Source of the DNA: an uncultured Planctomycetota bacterium
Lineage (GTDB): Bacteria > Planctomycetota > Phycisphaerae > Tepidisphaerales > Tepidisphaeraceae
Length of the DNA stretch: 64,000 bases
Direction of reading: 5' to 3'
NCBI GenBank assembly: GCA_963841915.1
Contig: CAWJEN010000006.1
Span: 704,001 to 768,000 of the forward strand
A program made the position numbers and the translations under genes. Below the pieces are notes generated by a model. The model was not told the DNA's origin and did no database searches. It saw only the letters and a program-made list of their open reading frames with translations. Shown here piece by piece: positions 26,785-35,760 of this stretch; the stretch's first letter is position 1, and every line of letters starts with the position of its first letter.

Positions 26785-27537
26785 ACGAGAGGATGTTCTG
26801 GGGTCAAGCCTATAAGCATGGTGAGCGCGATCAGAACATTGATTGATATTTAATAGATAAATGTAAATTTCAGCGAGTAAAACTATGAAAATTCGATTCT
26901 ACGGAAGAAGTCGTAAAAGTCGCCACTTGTCGCGTGGTACATCAGCAACAGCAACGCCGCACCTGGCCGTCGAATAAAATCTCAGAGCGAGCAATGGGCG
27001 GGTGGGCAGGATGCTAGTCGCTGCCCAAACGGTCTGTGACGACGAGCACGTTGACATACCGGTGGGCGAACTGAGTCAGGTGCAACCCCGCTCGCGAGGC
27101 AGAGACAGGGGTCGCGAGACCGGTCGGCTTGCTGCCGGGGTGCAGGCATGGGATCGGGTCCCTTCTGTATCACCACTGCGACGCGTCGCAACGCATCAAG
27201 CTATTGGGGCGAGCTTTCACCTCCTTAAGGTGTCGTTTCACCACGTTGGCTCGGCGGGTAAGGGGTCTCGTGTCGAGGCGTTGGGGTCTCGCGCCGGGGG
27301 GTTGAGGGCTGCCTGTCTGGACATGAACCGGCGGTCATTGGTTTCGACGTCAGAAGAAGCGTGTTGTCCAGCGGGGCCGATCAACGGGCGACACTGTGCA
27401 TCGGCAGCGGTGCCGGCAGGGTGAGTATCCGGCGGTCCGATTGCGGCGGGTGGGAGGGCGGCGGTTGCCGCAGTTGGTCGGTTCAATTGGCCTATCCCGC
27501 CGCTGCCGGTAGGGTGGCGGTCGCTTGGAGGAGCTTC

Positions 27538-29109
27538 ATGACCACTGCCGATACCGCTGCCATCGCTTCGCCGCCGCCCGTCGCCGGGCGCGGCTTTCTC
27601 TTTGCCACCTGCTTCGTCGCCCTGGTGGCAACCAGCTTTGCGTTCATCATCCGCGCGTTCATCCTTGATGATCTCGCGGTCGAGTTCGGCTTCAGTGAGA
27701 CGCAGAAGGGCGAACTGTTCGGGGCCGGGCTGTGGCCGTTTGCCATCAGCATCGTCGTCTTCAGCCTCATCATCGACCGTGTCGGCTACGGCCTTGCCCT
27801 GTGGTTCGCCTTTGCGTGCCACGTCGTCAGCGTCGTCGTCACCATCACGGCCGACGGCTACAACCAGCTCTACGTCGGCAACTTCATTGCGGCTTTGGGT
27901 AACGGCACGGTCGAGGCGGTCATCAACCCTGTCATCGCCACCGTTTTCTTCAGGAACAAGACGAAGTGGCTCAACATCCTCCACGCCGGCTGGGCGGGCG
28001 GGTTCGTACTGGGCGGCCTGCTGACGCTGTCGCTGTCGCCGGGCAACTTCGGCGGACTCGTCGGCGACGTGAGCTGGCAGTGGAAGGTCGGGCTGCTGCT
28101 CGTGCCGACGCTGGCGTACGGCGTGATGTTGCTGCGGACGACGTTCCCGGTCAATGAACGTGTGGCGGCGGGCGTGCCGTACCGCGTGATGATCGGCGAA
28201 ATGGGAGCACTCGGCGCGCTCATCGCTGCCGGCTTGGTCGCGTGGGAGGTGGGCCGCGTGCTCGGGCGGAACTTCGAGATCGAGCCGTGGCTCTGGATGT
28301 CGGCGGCGGGCGTCGTGGCATTCGGCGTCGCCGCTGCGTTTGGTGCGGTCGGCAAGAGCCTCGGAAGGCCGCTGTTCGTCTTCCTGTTGCTCGTAATGAT
28401 CCTGCTGGCCACCACCGAGCTCGGCACGGACGGCTGGATTAAGGAGCTTATGGGCCCCGTCACCGAGCGCGACTTCGGCCTCGACGGCGGCTGGGTGCTG
28501 GTCTACACGGCCACCCTCATGTTGCTCCTGCGACTGGGTTCGGGGCCAATCGTCAAGCGGCTCAATCCGCTGGGCATGTTGGCCGTCAGCTGCGTCTTCG
28601 TGGCGATCGGGCTCGTCTTCCTGTCGACGGCGGCGGGGCTGGCGATCGTCGTGGCGGCGACGATCTACGGCATCGGTCAGGCGTTCTTCTGGCCGACCAC
28701 GCTCGGACTCGTGGCAGAGCAGTTCCCACGCGGCGGAGCGCTGACGCTCAACGCGATGGCAGCCGTCGGCATGCTCGGCGTCGGCATCGTCGGCACGCCG
28801 CTCATCGGTGCGATCCAGGACCGCGAGATCGAAAACCGCCTTGTAAATGATGACGCGGAGTTGGCCGCCACGGTGCTGGGCGACCCGATGACGAGTGTGC
28901 TCGGCCCCGTTCGGCGAATCGATGCCGACGCAGAAAAGACGCTCGACACGACCTCGACCGGCCGCCTCACCGACGCCCGCAATATCGCCAAGCGGACGGC
29001 CCTGCTCGAGGTTGCGATTCTGCCGATGCTGATGCTCGCCTGCTATCTTGGACTGTTGTTCTACTTCAAGTCGCGCGGCGGTTACAGGGCTGAGCGCCTC
29101 ACGACTTGA
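27538..29109 (+). CDS. MFS transporter (sugar-type)
   Basis: GGAGG RBS, 12-14 TM helices, motif A-like SLIIDRVGYG, GNGTVEAVINP, FFWPTTLGLVAEQFPRGGA. Confidence 0.9.
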   Translation: MTTADTAAIASPPPVAGRGFLFATCFVALVATSFAFIIRAFILDDLAVEFGFSETQKGELFGAGLWPFAISIVVFSLIIDRVGYGLALWFAFACHVVSVVVTITADGYNQLYVGNFIAALGNGTVEAVINPVIATVFFRNKTKWLNILHAGWAGGFVLGGLLTLSLSPGNFGGLVGDVSWQWKVGLLLVPTLAYGVMLLRTTFPVNERVAAGVPYRVMIGEMGALGALIAAGLVAWEVGRVLGRNFEIEPWLWMSAAGVVAFGVAAAFGAVGKSLGRPLFVFLLLVMILLATTELGTDGWIKELMGPVTERDFGLDGGWVLVYTATLMLLLRLGSGPIVKRLNPLGMLAVSCVFVAIGLVFLSTAAGLAIVVAATIYGIGQAFFWPTTLGLVAEQFPRGGALTLNAMAAVGMLGVGIVGTPLIGAIQDREIENRLVNDDAELAATVLGDPMTSVLGPVRRIDADAEKTLDTTSTGRLTDARNIAKRTALLEVAILPMLMLACYLGLLFYFKSRGGYRAERLTT

Positions 29110-30613
29110 GGCGCGACTGCACCGTTCGACGGTCGAGGCCGATGACCCGGGCGGCGGCGGTGGGTGTGCCGTGCCTGGCCACGGCGAGTCGGCAGTAGCG
29201 GGTTGTAACCTCGTCGGCCGACAGCGTGGCCTTGCGAAGTTCATCGGCTAGCGCCGCGGCATCGTCACGAGGCGTTGCCGGTGGCGTGTAACTGCCGCCG
29301 ACCAGCACAGATCGGCAGCACTGTTCGAGTTCCCGGAAGTTGCCCGGCCACGTGTGGTCGAGGCCGACGCCATCGGTGATGGCGGCGAGCACTTCACTCG
29401 TGAGGCGGTCGCTGTCGATGGGCGACAGCCGCCGGCATGCGAGGGCGACGAGTTGCGACAGTTCCGCCTCGTCACCACCGATGAGATCGCGTAGCGGCGG
29501 AGTCGTGATGACGTCGGCGGCGAGGCGGTAGTACAAGTCGGTCCTGAACGCGCCGCTCGCCAGAAGCGTCGGCAGGTCGCGGTGCGTGGCGGCGATGATC
29601 CTGCCGTCAAAGCTCCGCGGCGTCGTGTCGCCGATGCGGGTAAAGGTCCGCTCCTGGATCACGCGCAACACCTTGACCTGGACGGCCGGCTCGACGTCGC
29701 CGATCTCGTCGAGAAAGGCGATGCCGGCATGGCCGACGCGTTCGAGACGGCCTGGTCGATCGGCGGCTGCGCCGGTGAAGCTGCCGCGCCGGTGGCCGAA
29801 CAATTCGCTTTCGACAAGCGTCGCCGGCATGGCCGCAAGCGTGACGGCCTCGAAGCCGCCGCGCGGGGCGAATGTTTTGGATGTCTCGTCAAATCGGCGG
29901 TAGGCACCGGCGGCGATGCACCGGGCGACGACTTCTTTGCCGGTCCCGCTTTCGCCAAGGACGAGCGTCGGCAGGCTCTGCATGGTCGCGTACGCACCGG
30001 CTGCGTGGCGAAGTCTGTCGCGGGTAAAGCAGCTTTGCCAGACGCTCGCCCGCAATGTCGCCGCCGCTGTATTCCCGCCGAAAAGCTGGTGAAAGATCGC
30101 GTGAAAGGTCCTGAAGGTCTGGTAGGCGATCGCGAACAGATGGCCTTCGTCCACGCCGTCGATCGGCAAGAGCGACTGACCGTCCACGACGAGCAAGCGG
30201 CGGTACGTCTGGCGAAAGCTCCGCCATGCGTCGCGGATGAGTGCAGGGTCGTGGTCGCGTCCGGCGGCATCGTTTCGGACAATCTGCTGAAGCACTGGTG
30301 CTGCGGTGTAGAACGCGGCGTAGAGGCCCGGTGCCGACATTGCAGCCCGCCGTTCGTGCTTCATGGGCCCGCACGCTGCAACCCGCTCTGCAAGCTCCGC
30401 TGCGACGCGGCTGATCCAGGTCAGGCGATTGTGCTGCGTGTCCAGGTCCAGCGGCCGATGCCACACCGCCGCTACCCGTTCGATCGTGTGGCCGCACACG
30501 TCACCGATGACGCGTTCGGCCTCCACCCGTTCCGGCAGAAACGGATTGCCGAAGACGAGTGTCGCAAAGGCATCGCACATCCGCTGATCGGCATCGGAGA
30601 GTGGCTTGGTCAT
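29099..30613 (-). CDS. Sigma-54-interacting AAA+ transcriptional activator with unrecognised N-terminal domain
   Basis: LGESGTGKE, ESELFGHRRGSFTGA, FLDEIGD, QVKVLRVIQER, FRTDLYYRL, WPGNFREL, C-terminal HTH (AAARVIGLDRRTV). Confidence 0.9.
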   Translation of the reverse strand: MTKPLSDADQRMCDAFATLVFGNPFLPERVEAERVIGDVCGHTIERVAAVWHRPLDLDTQHNRLTWISRVAAELAERVAACGPMKHERRAAMSAPGLYAAFYTAAPVLQQIVRNDAAGRDHDPALIRDAWRSFRQTYRRLLVVDGQSLLPIDGVDEGHLFAIAYQTFRTFHAIFHQLFGGNTAAATLRASVWQSCFTRDRLRHAAGAYATMQSLPTLVLGESGTGKEVVARCIAAGAYRRFDETSKTFAPRGGFEAVTLAAMPATLVESELFGHRRGSFTGAAADRPGRLERVGHAGIAFLDEIGDVEPAVQVKVLRVIQERTFTRIGDTTPRSFDGRIIAATHRDLPTLLASGAFRTDLYYRLAADVITTPPLRDLIGGDEAELSQLVALACRRLSPIDSDRLTSEVLAAITDGVGLDHTWPGNFRELEQCCRSVLVGGSYTPPATPRDDAAALADELRKATLSADEVTTRYCRLAVARHGTPTAAARVIGLDRRTVQSRLKS

Positions 30614-30843
30614 CAGGTGGCACCTTGCTGAAGGTGTACATCCAGTGTCTGTGCGAAATGCAGGAAATGCACGCCTGCCGTTGAAGAAACGCCCAGGATG
30701 AACAGCCCGCCTGCCTCTAAGCAATTGCGAAACAACGCCTAAGGAAAAATTTGGCAAGCGGCAGCGTCCCGGCATGCGTTTCTCGTTGAGGCAAGCAGCG
30801 TCGCCGACCGGTGTCGCGATCTTGACCCTTCACCCCGATCATC

Positions 30844-31614
30844 ATGCACAAATGTCTACTTCCCGCCGTCACTGCCGTCGCTCTTGTCGCGGGCGGTTGC
30901 GCTTCGAGTGGCTTCTCACCCCGCGAGTCGAGCGGCCGCGACGTCACCGCCTACATGAGCGCCGTCGAGCTTCGCCCGCAGTCGAACGTGATGAACGACT
31001 TGACCGCCAGCGGTGACAGGTCGTCGGCCAAGCCGATCCAACTTCCTGCGTCGATCGCCGTCGCGCAAGTGGGTGAAGTCGCACCGTCGGACGAGATGCT
31101 CGAGGCGCTCGAGAACGAGCCGGCCTTGTTCAGCAACGTCCAGCCGATCGGCGGCACCACGCCGCTGCAGCAGTACAGGAGCAGCGACGTCGTCGGAAAC
31201 CACCTTGACAAGATGGTCGGTCTCGCCCGCAACGTCGGGGCCGATTACCTCGTCGTCTACGGCGGCACGATCGATCAGTACGACCGCAGAGAGCCGTGGC
31301 GGGTGCTGGACCTGGCGATCCTGCCCGCGTTCGTGTTGCCGAGCAACAAACTCACCGCCGACGCACGGTCTAGTGCGTTTATTCTCGAAACGAGCAGCGG
31401 GCGACTTGTCGGCACAACCAGCGCCGCCTCCAGCGACTCCACGTGGTCGTCCACGGTTGCCCTGCGTGGCAAGGGCGTCGACCAGATGCGGCACCTTCGC
31501 GACGAAACGGTTGAGGAACTAACCGGCCGGCTTATCACGAGGTTCAAGACCGCCGCCGGTCAGGCCGCGTCGGGTGCGGGGGCACCGAGTGATGAGACCA
31601 TCGCGGCCCGATGA
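30844..31614 (+). CDS. Lipoprotein, possibly related to rhombotarget-lipoprotein-like families
   Basis: Lipobox (AGG/C) and '..LPASIAVAQV...GLARNVGADYLVVY...LDLAILPAFVLP...ILETSSGRLV'. The family assignment is a recollection only. Confidence 0.65.
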   Translation: MHKCLLPAVTAVALVAGGCASSGFSPRESSGRDVTAYMSAVELRPQSNVMNDLTASGDRSSAKPIQLPASIAVAQVGEVAPSDEMLEALENEPALFSNVQPIGGTTPLQQYRSSDVVGNHLDKMVGLARNVGADYLVVYGGTIDQYDRREPWRVLDLAILPAFVLPSNKLTADARSSAFILETSSGRLVGTTSAASSDSTWSSTVALRGKGVDQMRHLRDETVEELTGRLITRFKTAAGQAASGAGAPSDETIAAR

Positions 31615-31639
31615 GGCGTCGGTTGGCCTGGCGACAGTT

Positions 31640-32497
31640 TCACAAGGTGACCGGCCTGGTCGAGCGTGAGTTCGACCGGGCCGGCCGCTTTTGCTTGACG
31701 TGCACCTGCATCAGCCACGGGAAGCGCTCGCTGTGCAGACGATGCAGGCGGCCGATCGCGGCCAAGGCCAAGTGGCCGACGAAGATCGCCACCGCCACAA
31801 CGCCATACGTCAAAGCTTGCGCAGTGCTTACCGGCAGTGGAGCGGCGGGCCGGATGAGACTGCGGCCGAAGATTGACTGAATCGACTCGGCCATCGCAAC
31901 CGCGGCAACGACATGGGCAACAACTGCCGCCACGAGCAGGGCGAGAGCGAGCGCGTAGTCCCGGCCGCAGACCCGAATGAGGCCGACAAGCCGATGCGGC
32001 ATCAGGTTCAACGGCGTCGACGCCTCCACCACCGTCAGCAACACCGCCGGCAAAAAGGCAAAACCGATCATGCCGACCGTCAGCCAAAGCACGACCGGCA
32101 ATCCGAGCCACGCGAGCAAGAACGCCGGGCCCAGGCACAGCAGCAACGACAGCCCGCCGCGTCGTGCGGGGACGAAGACGTCTTCGCCAAGCTCGCCGTT
32201 CCGCAGCACCGGCGGCACCACATCAAAGCCACGCGGGCCAAAGTCGTCGAGCACATTTACATAGTGACTGACAAGGACCAGCTTCAACGCGAGCACGACG
32301 ACGACCAACGGCACGCCACCACCGACGACGCCCAGCAGCAGAACGTGCAACCCTGCGGCGAGAAACAGGCAGACACCGAGCGTGATGCCGCTGGCCGGCT
32401 GCAGCAGTTCCAGCGGCAGCGACGCGATCGGCCGAGCCGACTCGGGCCTGGCATAAGCCAGCGTCGCCCGCCGCAATCTCGTGTTGCCTGGCATCAA
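31640..32497 (-). CDS. Hypothetical multi-pass membrane protein
   Basis: About 6 hydrophobic helices, host-like codon use. Confidence 0.7.
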   Translation of the reverse strand: MMPGNTRLRRATLAYARPESARPIASLPLELLQPASGITLGVCLFLAAGLHVLLLGVVGGGVPLVVVVLALKLVLVSHYVNVLDDFGPRGFDVVPPVLRNGELGEDVFVPARRGGLSLLLCLGPAFLLAWLGLPVVLWLTVGMIGFAFLPAVLLTVVEASTPLNLMPHRLVGLIRVCGRDYALALALLVAAVVAHVVAAVAMAESIQSIFGRSLIRPAAPLPVSTAQALTYGVVAVAIFVGHLALAAIGRLHRLHSERFPWLMQVHVKQKRPARSNSRSTRPVTL

Positions 32498-32557
32498 GTG
32501 GCTGCATCATTAGCGGGCGACGTCGCGACCCGCAAGCGTGCCGCGCATGATGGTTTT

Positions 32558-33025
32558 ATGGCCATCACCTCCGGCAGCCTGACTCCGATCGTCCGCGCCC
32601 GCGCCACGGCCATCTGTATGGCCATCATCTCGACCGTACTCGGGCTCGGCATCATGATCTATGACGGCCTGATGGTGAGTCTGCCGCAGTTTCAGCTCTT
32701 CTGGCTCATGCTTGGTGCCGGCGCGTTCTACCTGCCTGGCGTCGCGTACGGCCTGGCGTGGTGGGGCCTGAAATCCGGGCGAACGTGGGCGGTGATTGTC
32801 GGCATCGTCGCGGCCGTCGGGCAGGCAATGCTCGCCATCGCACTGGCCGTCGGCAACTTCGTCAGCGGCCTCGGCACGTCAGGCATGCTCATCGTCGAGT
32901 GCGGTCTGTGGGCGACGGCATGCATCATCCTGGCGTTGCAGCTCAAGCGGGCGCTGCCTTGGGTGGCGCAGGACGCCGACGCCCACCACGGGTTTGAGGT
33001 CGCGCCGCTTCCGCAAAGTCACTGA
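32558..33025 (+). CDS. Hypothetical 4-TM membrane protein
   Basis: Four hydrophobic helices from the ATG at 32558; C-terminal HHGFEV. Confidence 0.7.
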   Translation: MAITSGSLTPIVRARATAICMAIISTVLGLGIMIYDGLMVSLPQFQLFWLMLGAGAFYLPGVAYGLAWWGLKSGRTWAVIVGIVAAVGQAMLAIALAVGNFVSGLGTSGMLIVECGLWATACIILALQLKRALPWVAQDADAHHGFEVAPLPQSH

Positions 33026-33039
33026 AGTGGCTTTGTCGC

Positions 33040-34335
33040 CTACGTCTTGAGTTCTTCGTCGAGCGAGAAGAGTTTCTCGACCGCATGTCGATAGGCGGCG
33101 TGGCGGTCAGGGTCGGGCATGTGCCGCATGGCAGCGACCGGGCCGTGGAGCAGTTTGTTGACGAGCCGACGGGCGGCGTCGGTGGCGTGCAGCTCCACTG
33201 CCGCCTTTTGCTCAGGCGTCAGGTCGCTGGGCAGCTTGCCCATGAGGCGATCGATTTCGGCGGCGGCGGTCGCGTGGCTGCGGCCGTACAACCGGTCGAT
33301 CGTCGGCCCGAGGTCGCGACCGCGGTGCCAGGCGACGTACTGACCGACGGCCGTCTCGACGAGCGCCTCGGCCTTTCGCAGCTCGCCGCCATGATCTTCC
33401 GACCGCTCGGCGGCGGCCTGCTGCAGGTCGTCGAGGTCGTAGAGGTGCACGCCCTCGAGCACGCCACACGCCGCGTCAATGTCCCGCGGCAGGGCGAGGT
33501 CCATGGCGAACAACGGCCGATCCGGCCGCGTCGCCATGACCCGTCGCACCGTCGACTCGTGGACCACATTGCCGGTGTGCCCGGTGCCGCAGACGAGCAA
33601 GTCAGTGTCACCCAGAAATGCATCAAGGTCAGCCAGTGCTCCGCCGCGGCCGCCGAATTTGGCGGCGAACTTGATCGCCCGTTCACGGTCGCGACCGACG
33701 ACGACGATGGAGCGTGGCCGTTTCGTCGGGGCCAGGCCGTGCAGGTGCCGCAAGATCAAGGCCGTCATCTTGCCCGTGCCGACGCAGAGGACGCGTTTGT
33801 CGGCCAAGTTGCCAAGCACGTCCTGGGCATACTCGGCGGCGGTCTCTGCCACGCCCAGTCGTGCGGCAGACAAGCCGGTTTGCGTCCGCACCTCGCGACC
33901 GACGCGAACGGCCCGCTGGAACAGGCCGTGCAGCTTGCGACCCGACATGCCGACGGCGTGGGCGGCGTCGTAGGCGTTTCGCACCTGGCCGATGATCTGT
34001 GCCTCACCCGGCACCATGGAGTCGAGGGAGGCCCCGACGCGGAAAAGGTGCCGGACCGAGTCGACGCCGCTGTACTGGTAGAGGTGCTCGTCACCGATGC
34101 CGGCCGCACCGCTGGCGGCGAGCAGGCCCGCAACGGGATCGGCGTCTTCGCCTGCGACATACAGCTCGACGCGGTTGCACGTGCTCAGCAGCACCGCTTC
34201 GTCGCAGCAGGCGGCCTGACGCACCGCTTCGAGGGCGGCATCGAGTTTGGAGCGGGGGACGGCCAGCCGCTCGCGAACCTCGACGGCTGCGGTGCGGTGG
34301 CTGACACCTGCGACGCGAAGCTTGTTCAAAGACAA
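33040..34335 (-). CDS. hemA: Glutamyl-tRNA reductase
   Basis: GVSHRTAAVEVRERLA, LSTCNRVELY, HLFRVGASLDSMVPGEAQIIGQVR, DLALPRDID, LYDLDDL, LVNKLLHGP. TTG start uncertain (34335 or 34329). Confidence 0.95.
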   Translation of the reverse strand: MSLNKLRVAGVSHRTAAVEVRERLAVPRSKLDAALEAVRQAACCDEAVLLSTCNRVELYVAGEDADPVAGLLAASGAAGIGDEHLYQYSGVDSVRHLFRVGASLDSMVPGEAQIIGQVRNAYDAAHAVGMSGRKLHGLFQRAVRVGREVRTQTGLSAARLGVAETAAEYAQDVLGNLADKRVLCVGTGKMTALILRHLHGLAPTKRPRSIVVVGRDRERAIKFAAKFGGRGGALADLDAFLGDTDLLVCGTGHTGNVVHESTVRRVMATRPDRPLFAMDLALPRDIDAACGVLEGVHLYDLDDLQQAAAERSEDHGGELRKAEALVETAVGQYVAWHRGRDLGPTIDRLYGRSHATAAAEIDRLMGKLPSDLTPEQKAAVELHATDAARRLVNKLLHGPVAAMRHMPDPDRHAAYRHAVEKLFSLDEELKT

Positions 34336-34516
34336 ACCCCCTCTGCGGCGGTCGCATGCGGGTCGGCCGATGAAAAGGGCACGGCGGGAAACACGGGCAA
34401 GCAGCTTATGCGAGTCGGCCGCCACGCCCAAACTTGTCGCCGCGTCACGGTGCCACAGGGGCAGGTGGCAACGTCGTGAGCGGTCTGAGCCTACCTGCCG
34501 CTACCCTTGACTCGCC

Positions 34517-35722
34517 TTGACGACCGGCACGCTCATCTTCCTGTTGTCCTTGCTTGCCGTGGGCGGGTTCGTCGTGAGCCTGATCGGGACGTGGGCGATG
34601 ATCCGCCTGGCCCCGCGGATCGGCCTCGTCGACCAGCCGGGGCACCGCAAGATCCACGCCGCCCCCAAGCCGCTGGGCGGCGGGGCGGGGATCTTCCTCG
34701 GGACGGCGCTGCCGTTGCTACTTGGCGTCGTCCTAGTCCTCATTTCGAGCACCAGCGTTAGCGGTACGACAACAACCGTCGGCGGCGGCAATGTGCACAT
34801 TCACGACACCTACTTCACAGTCGACGTTGCACTGCTGCCCGGCGTCGATCCGAACCTGCTCGAAGGCGTCGTTGACCAGATCCCCCTCCTCCTCGCCTTC
34901 CTCGGCGCCGGCCTCGGGATGTTCCTGCTCGGCCTCGTCGACGACCGCCGGGCCCTCGGGCCGTTCGTCAAGCTCGGCGTGCAGCTCGCGATCACCATCG
35001 GCCTCGTCGCGAGCTTCGAGGAGGTCCGCCTGCTGACCGTCCTGGGCCTCGTGCCGAGCGTGGTCATCACGACGCTCTGGATCGCCGGCGTCACCAACGC
35101 GCTCAACTTCCTCGACAACATGGATGGCCTGGCCGGCGGCGTCGCGGCGATCTGCGGGACCGTCCTGCTCGCGACGAGCGTCCTGGCCGGGCAGGTCTTC
35201 GTGCCGGCGACGCTGGCGTTGTTCGTCGGGGCGTGCGTGGGGTTTCTGTGGTTCAACTTCCCGCCGGCGAAGATCTTCATGGGCGACTCGGGGTCGCTGT
35301 TCGTCGGCCTGGTGCTGGGCGTGATGACGGTGCGGACGACGTATTTGCTGCCGGGGCAGACGCTGGCCGGCGGGTGGTACGGGGTGTTCACGCCGCTGGT
35401 CGTCCTGGCCGTGCCGCTGTACGACATGACGGTGGTGAGCGTCATCCGCCTCAGCCGCGGCAAGAGTCCGTTCGTGGGCGACACGAACCACTTTTCGCAC
35501 CGCCTCGTCCGCCGCGGCATGACCAAACGCGGGGCGGTGCTGTGCATCTGGCTCATCACGGCCGCGACGGGTCTGGCGGCATTGCTCCTGCCGCTCGTCG
35601 ACTCACCGCTGGCGGCGTGGCTGATCTTCGCCCAGACGCTGCTGATTCTCGGCGTGATCCTGATTCTGGAGCGGGGGCCGAACACGTTGGCACCTGACGA
35701 AGCTCAAGGCAAAGCCACGTAA
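34517..35722 (+). CDS. MraY/WecA-family undecaprenyl-phosphate sugar-1-phosphate transferase
   Basis: DQPGHRKIH..PKPLGGG, GLVDD, NALNFLDNMDGLA, FNFPPAKIFMGDSGS, DTNHFSHRL. Confidence 0.9.
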   Translation: MTTGTLIFLLSLLAVGGFVVSLIGTWAMIRLAPRIGLVDQPGHRKIHAAPKPLGGGAGIFLGTALPLLLGVVLVLISSTSVSGTTTTVGGGNVHIHDTYFTVDVALLPGVDPNLLEGVVDQIPLLLAFLGAGLGMFLLGLVDDRRALGPFVKLGVQLAITIGLVASFEEVRLLTVLGLVPSVVITTLWIAGVTNALNFLDNMDGLAGGVAAICGTVLLATSVLAGQVFVPATLALFVGACVGFLWFNFPPAKIFMGDSGSLFVGLVLGVMTVRTTYLLPGQTLAGGWYGVFTPLVVLAVPLYDMTVVSVIRLSRGKSPFVGDTNHFSHRLVRRGMTKRGAVLCIWLITAATGLAALLLPLVDSPLAAWLIFAQTLLILGVILILERGPNTLAPDEAQGKAT

Positions 35723-35760
35723 GCGGCTTTGCGGCGGCTGTCGGGTTCTATGTTCAGTCT

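Noticed and set aside
26830..26900. AT-rich tract as the oriC unwinding element
   Set aside because: No cluster of DnaA boxes; the nearest is AGTGGATAG (two mismatches), and there is no dnaA or dnaN nearby. A promoter of the islet is a simpler explanation.
26885..26977. 30-aa ORF MKIRFYGRSRKSRHLSRG... and the nearby ORFs 25543-25830 and 27002-27424
   Set aside because: No clear RBS, motif or codon-bias support; coding status cannot be judged without homology data.
30751..30766. TTGGCAAGCGGCAGC as a sigma-54 promoter
   Set aside because: The GG-to-GC spacing is 9 nt rather than the required 10.
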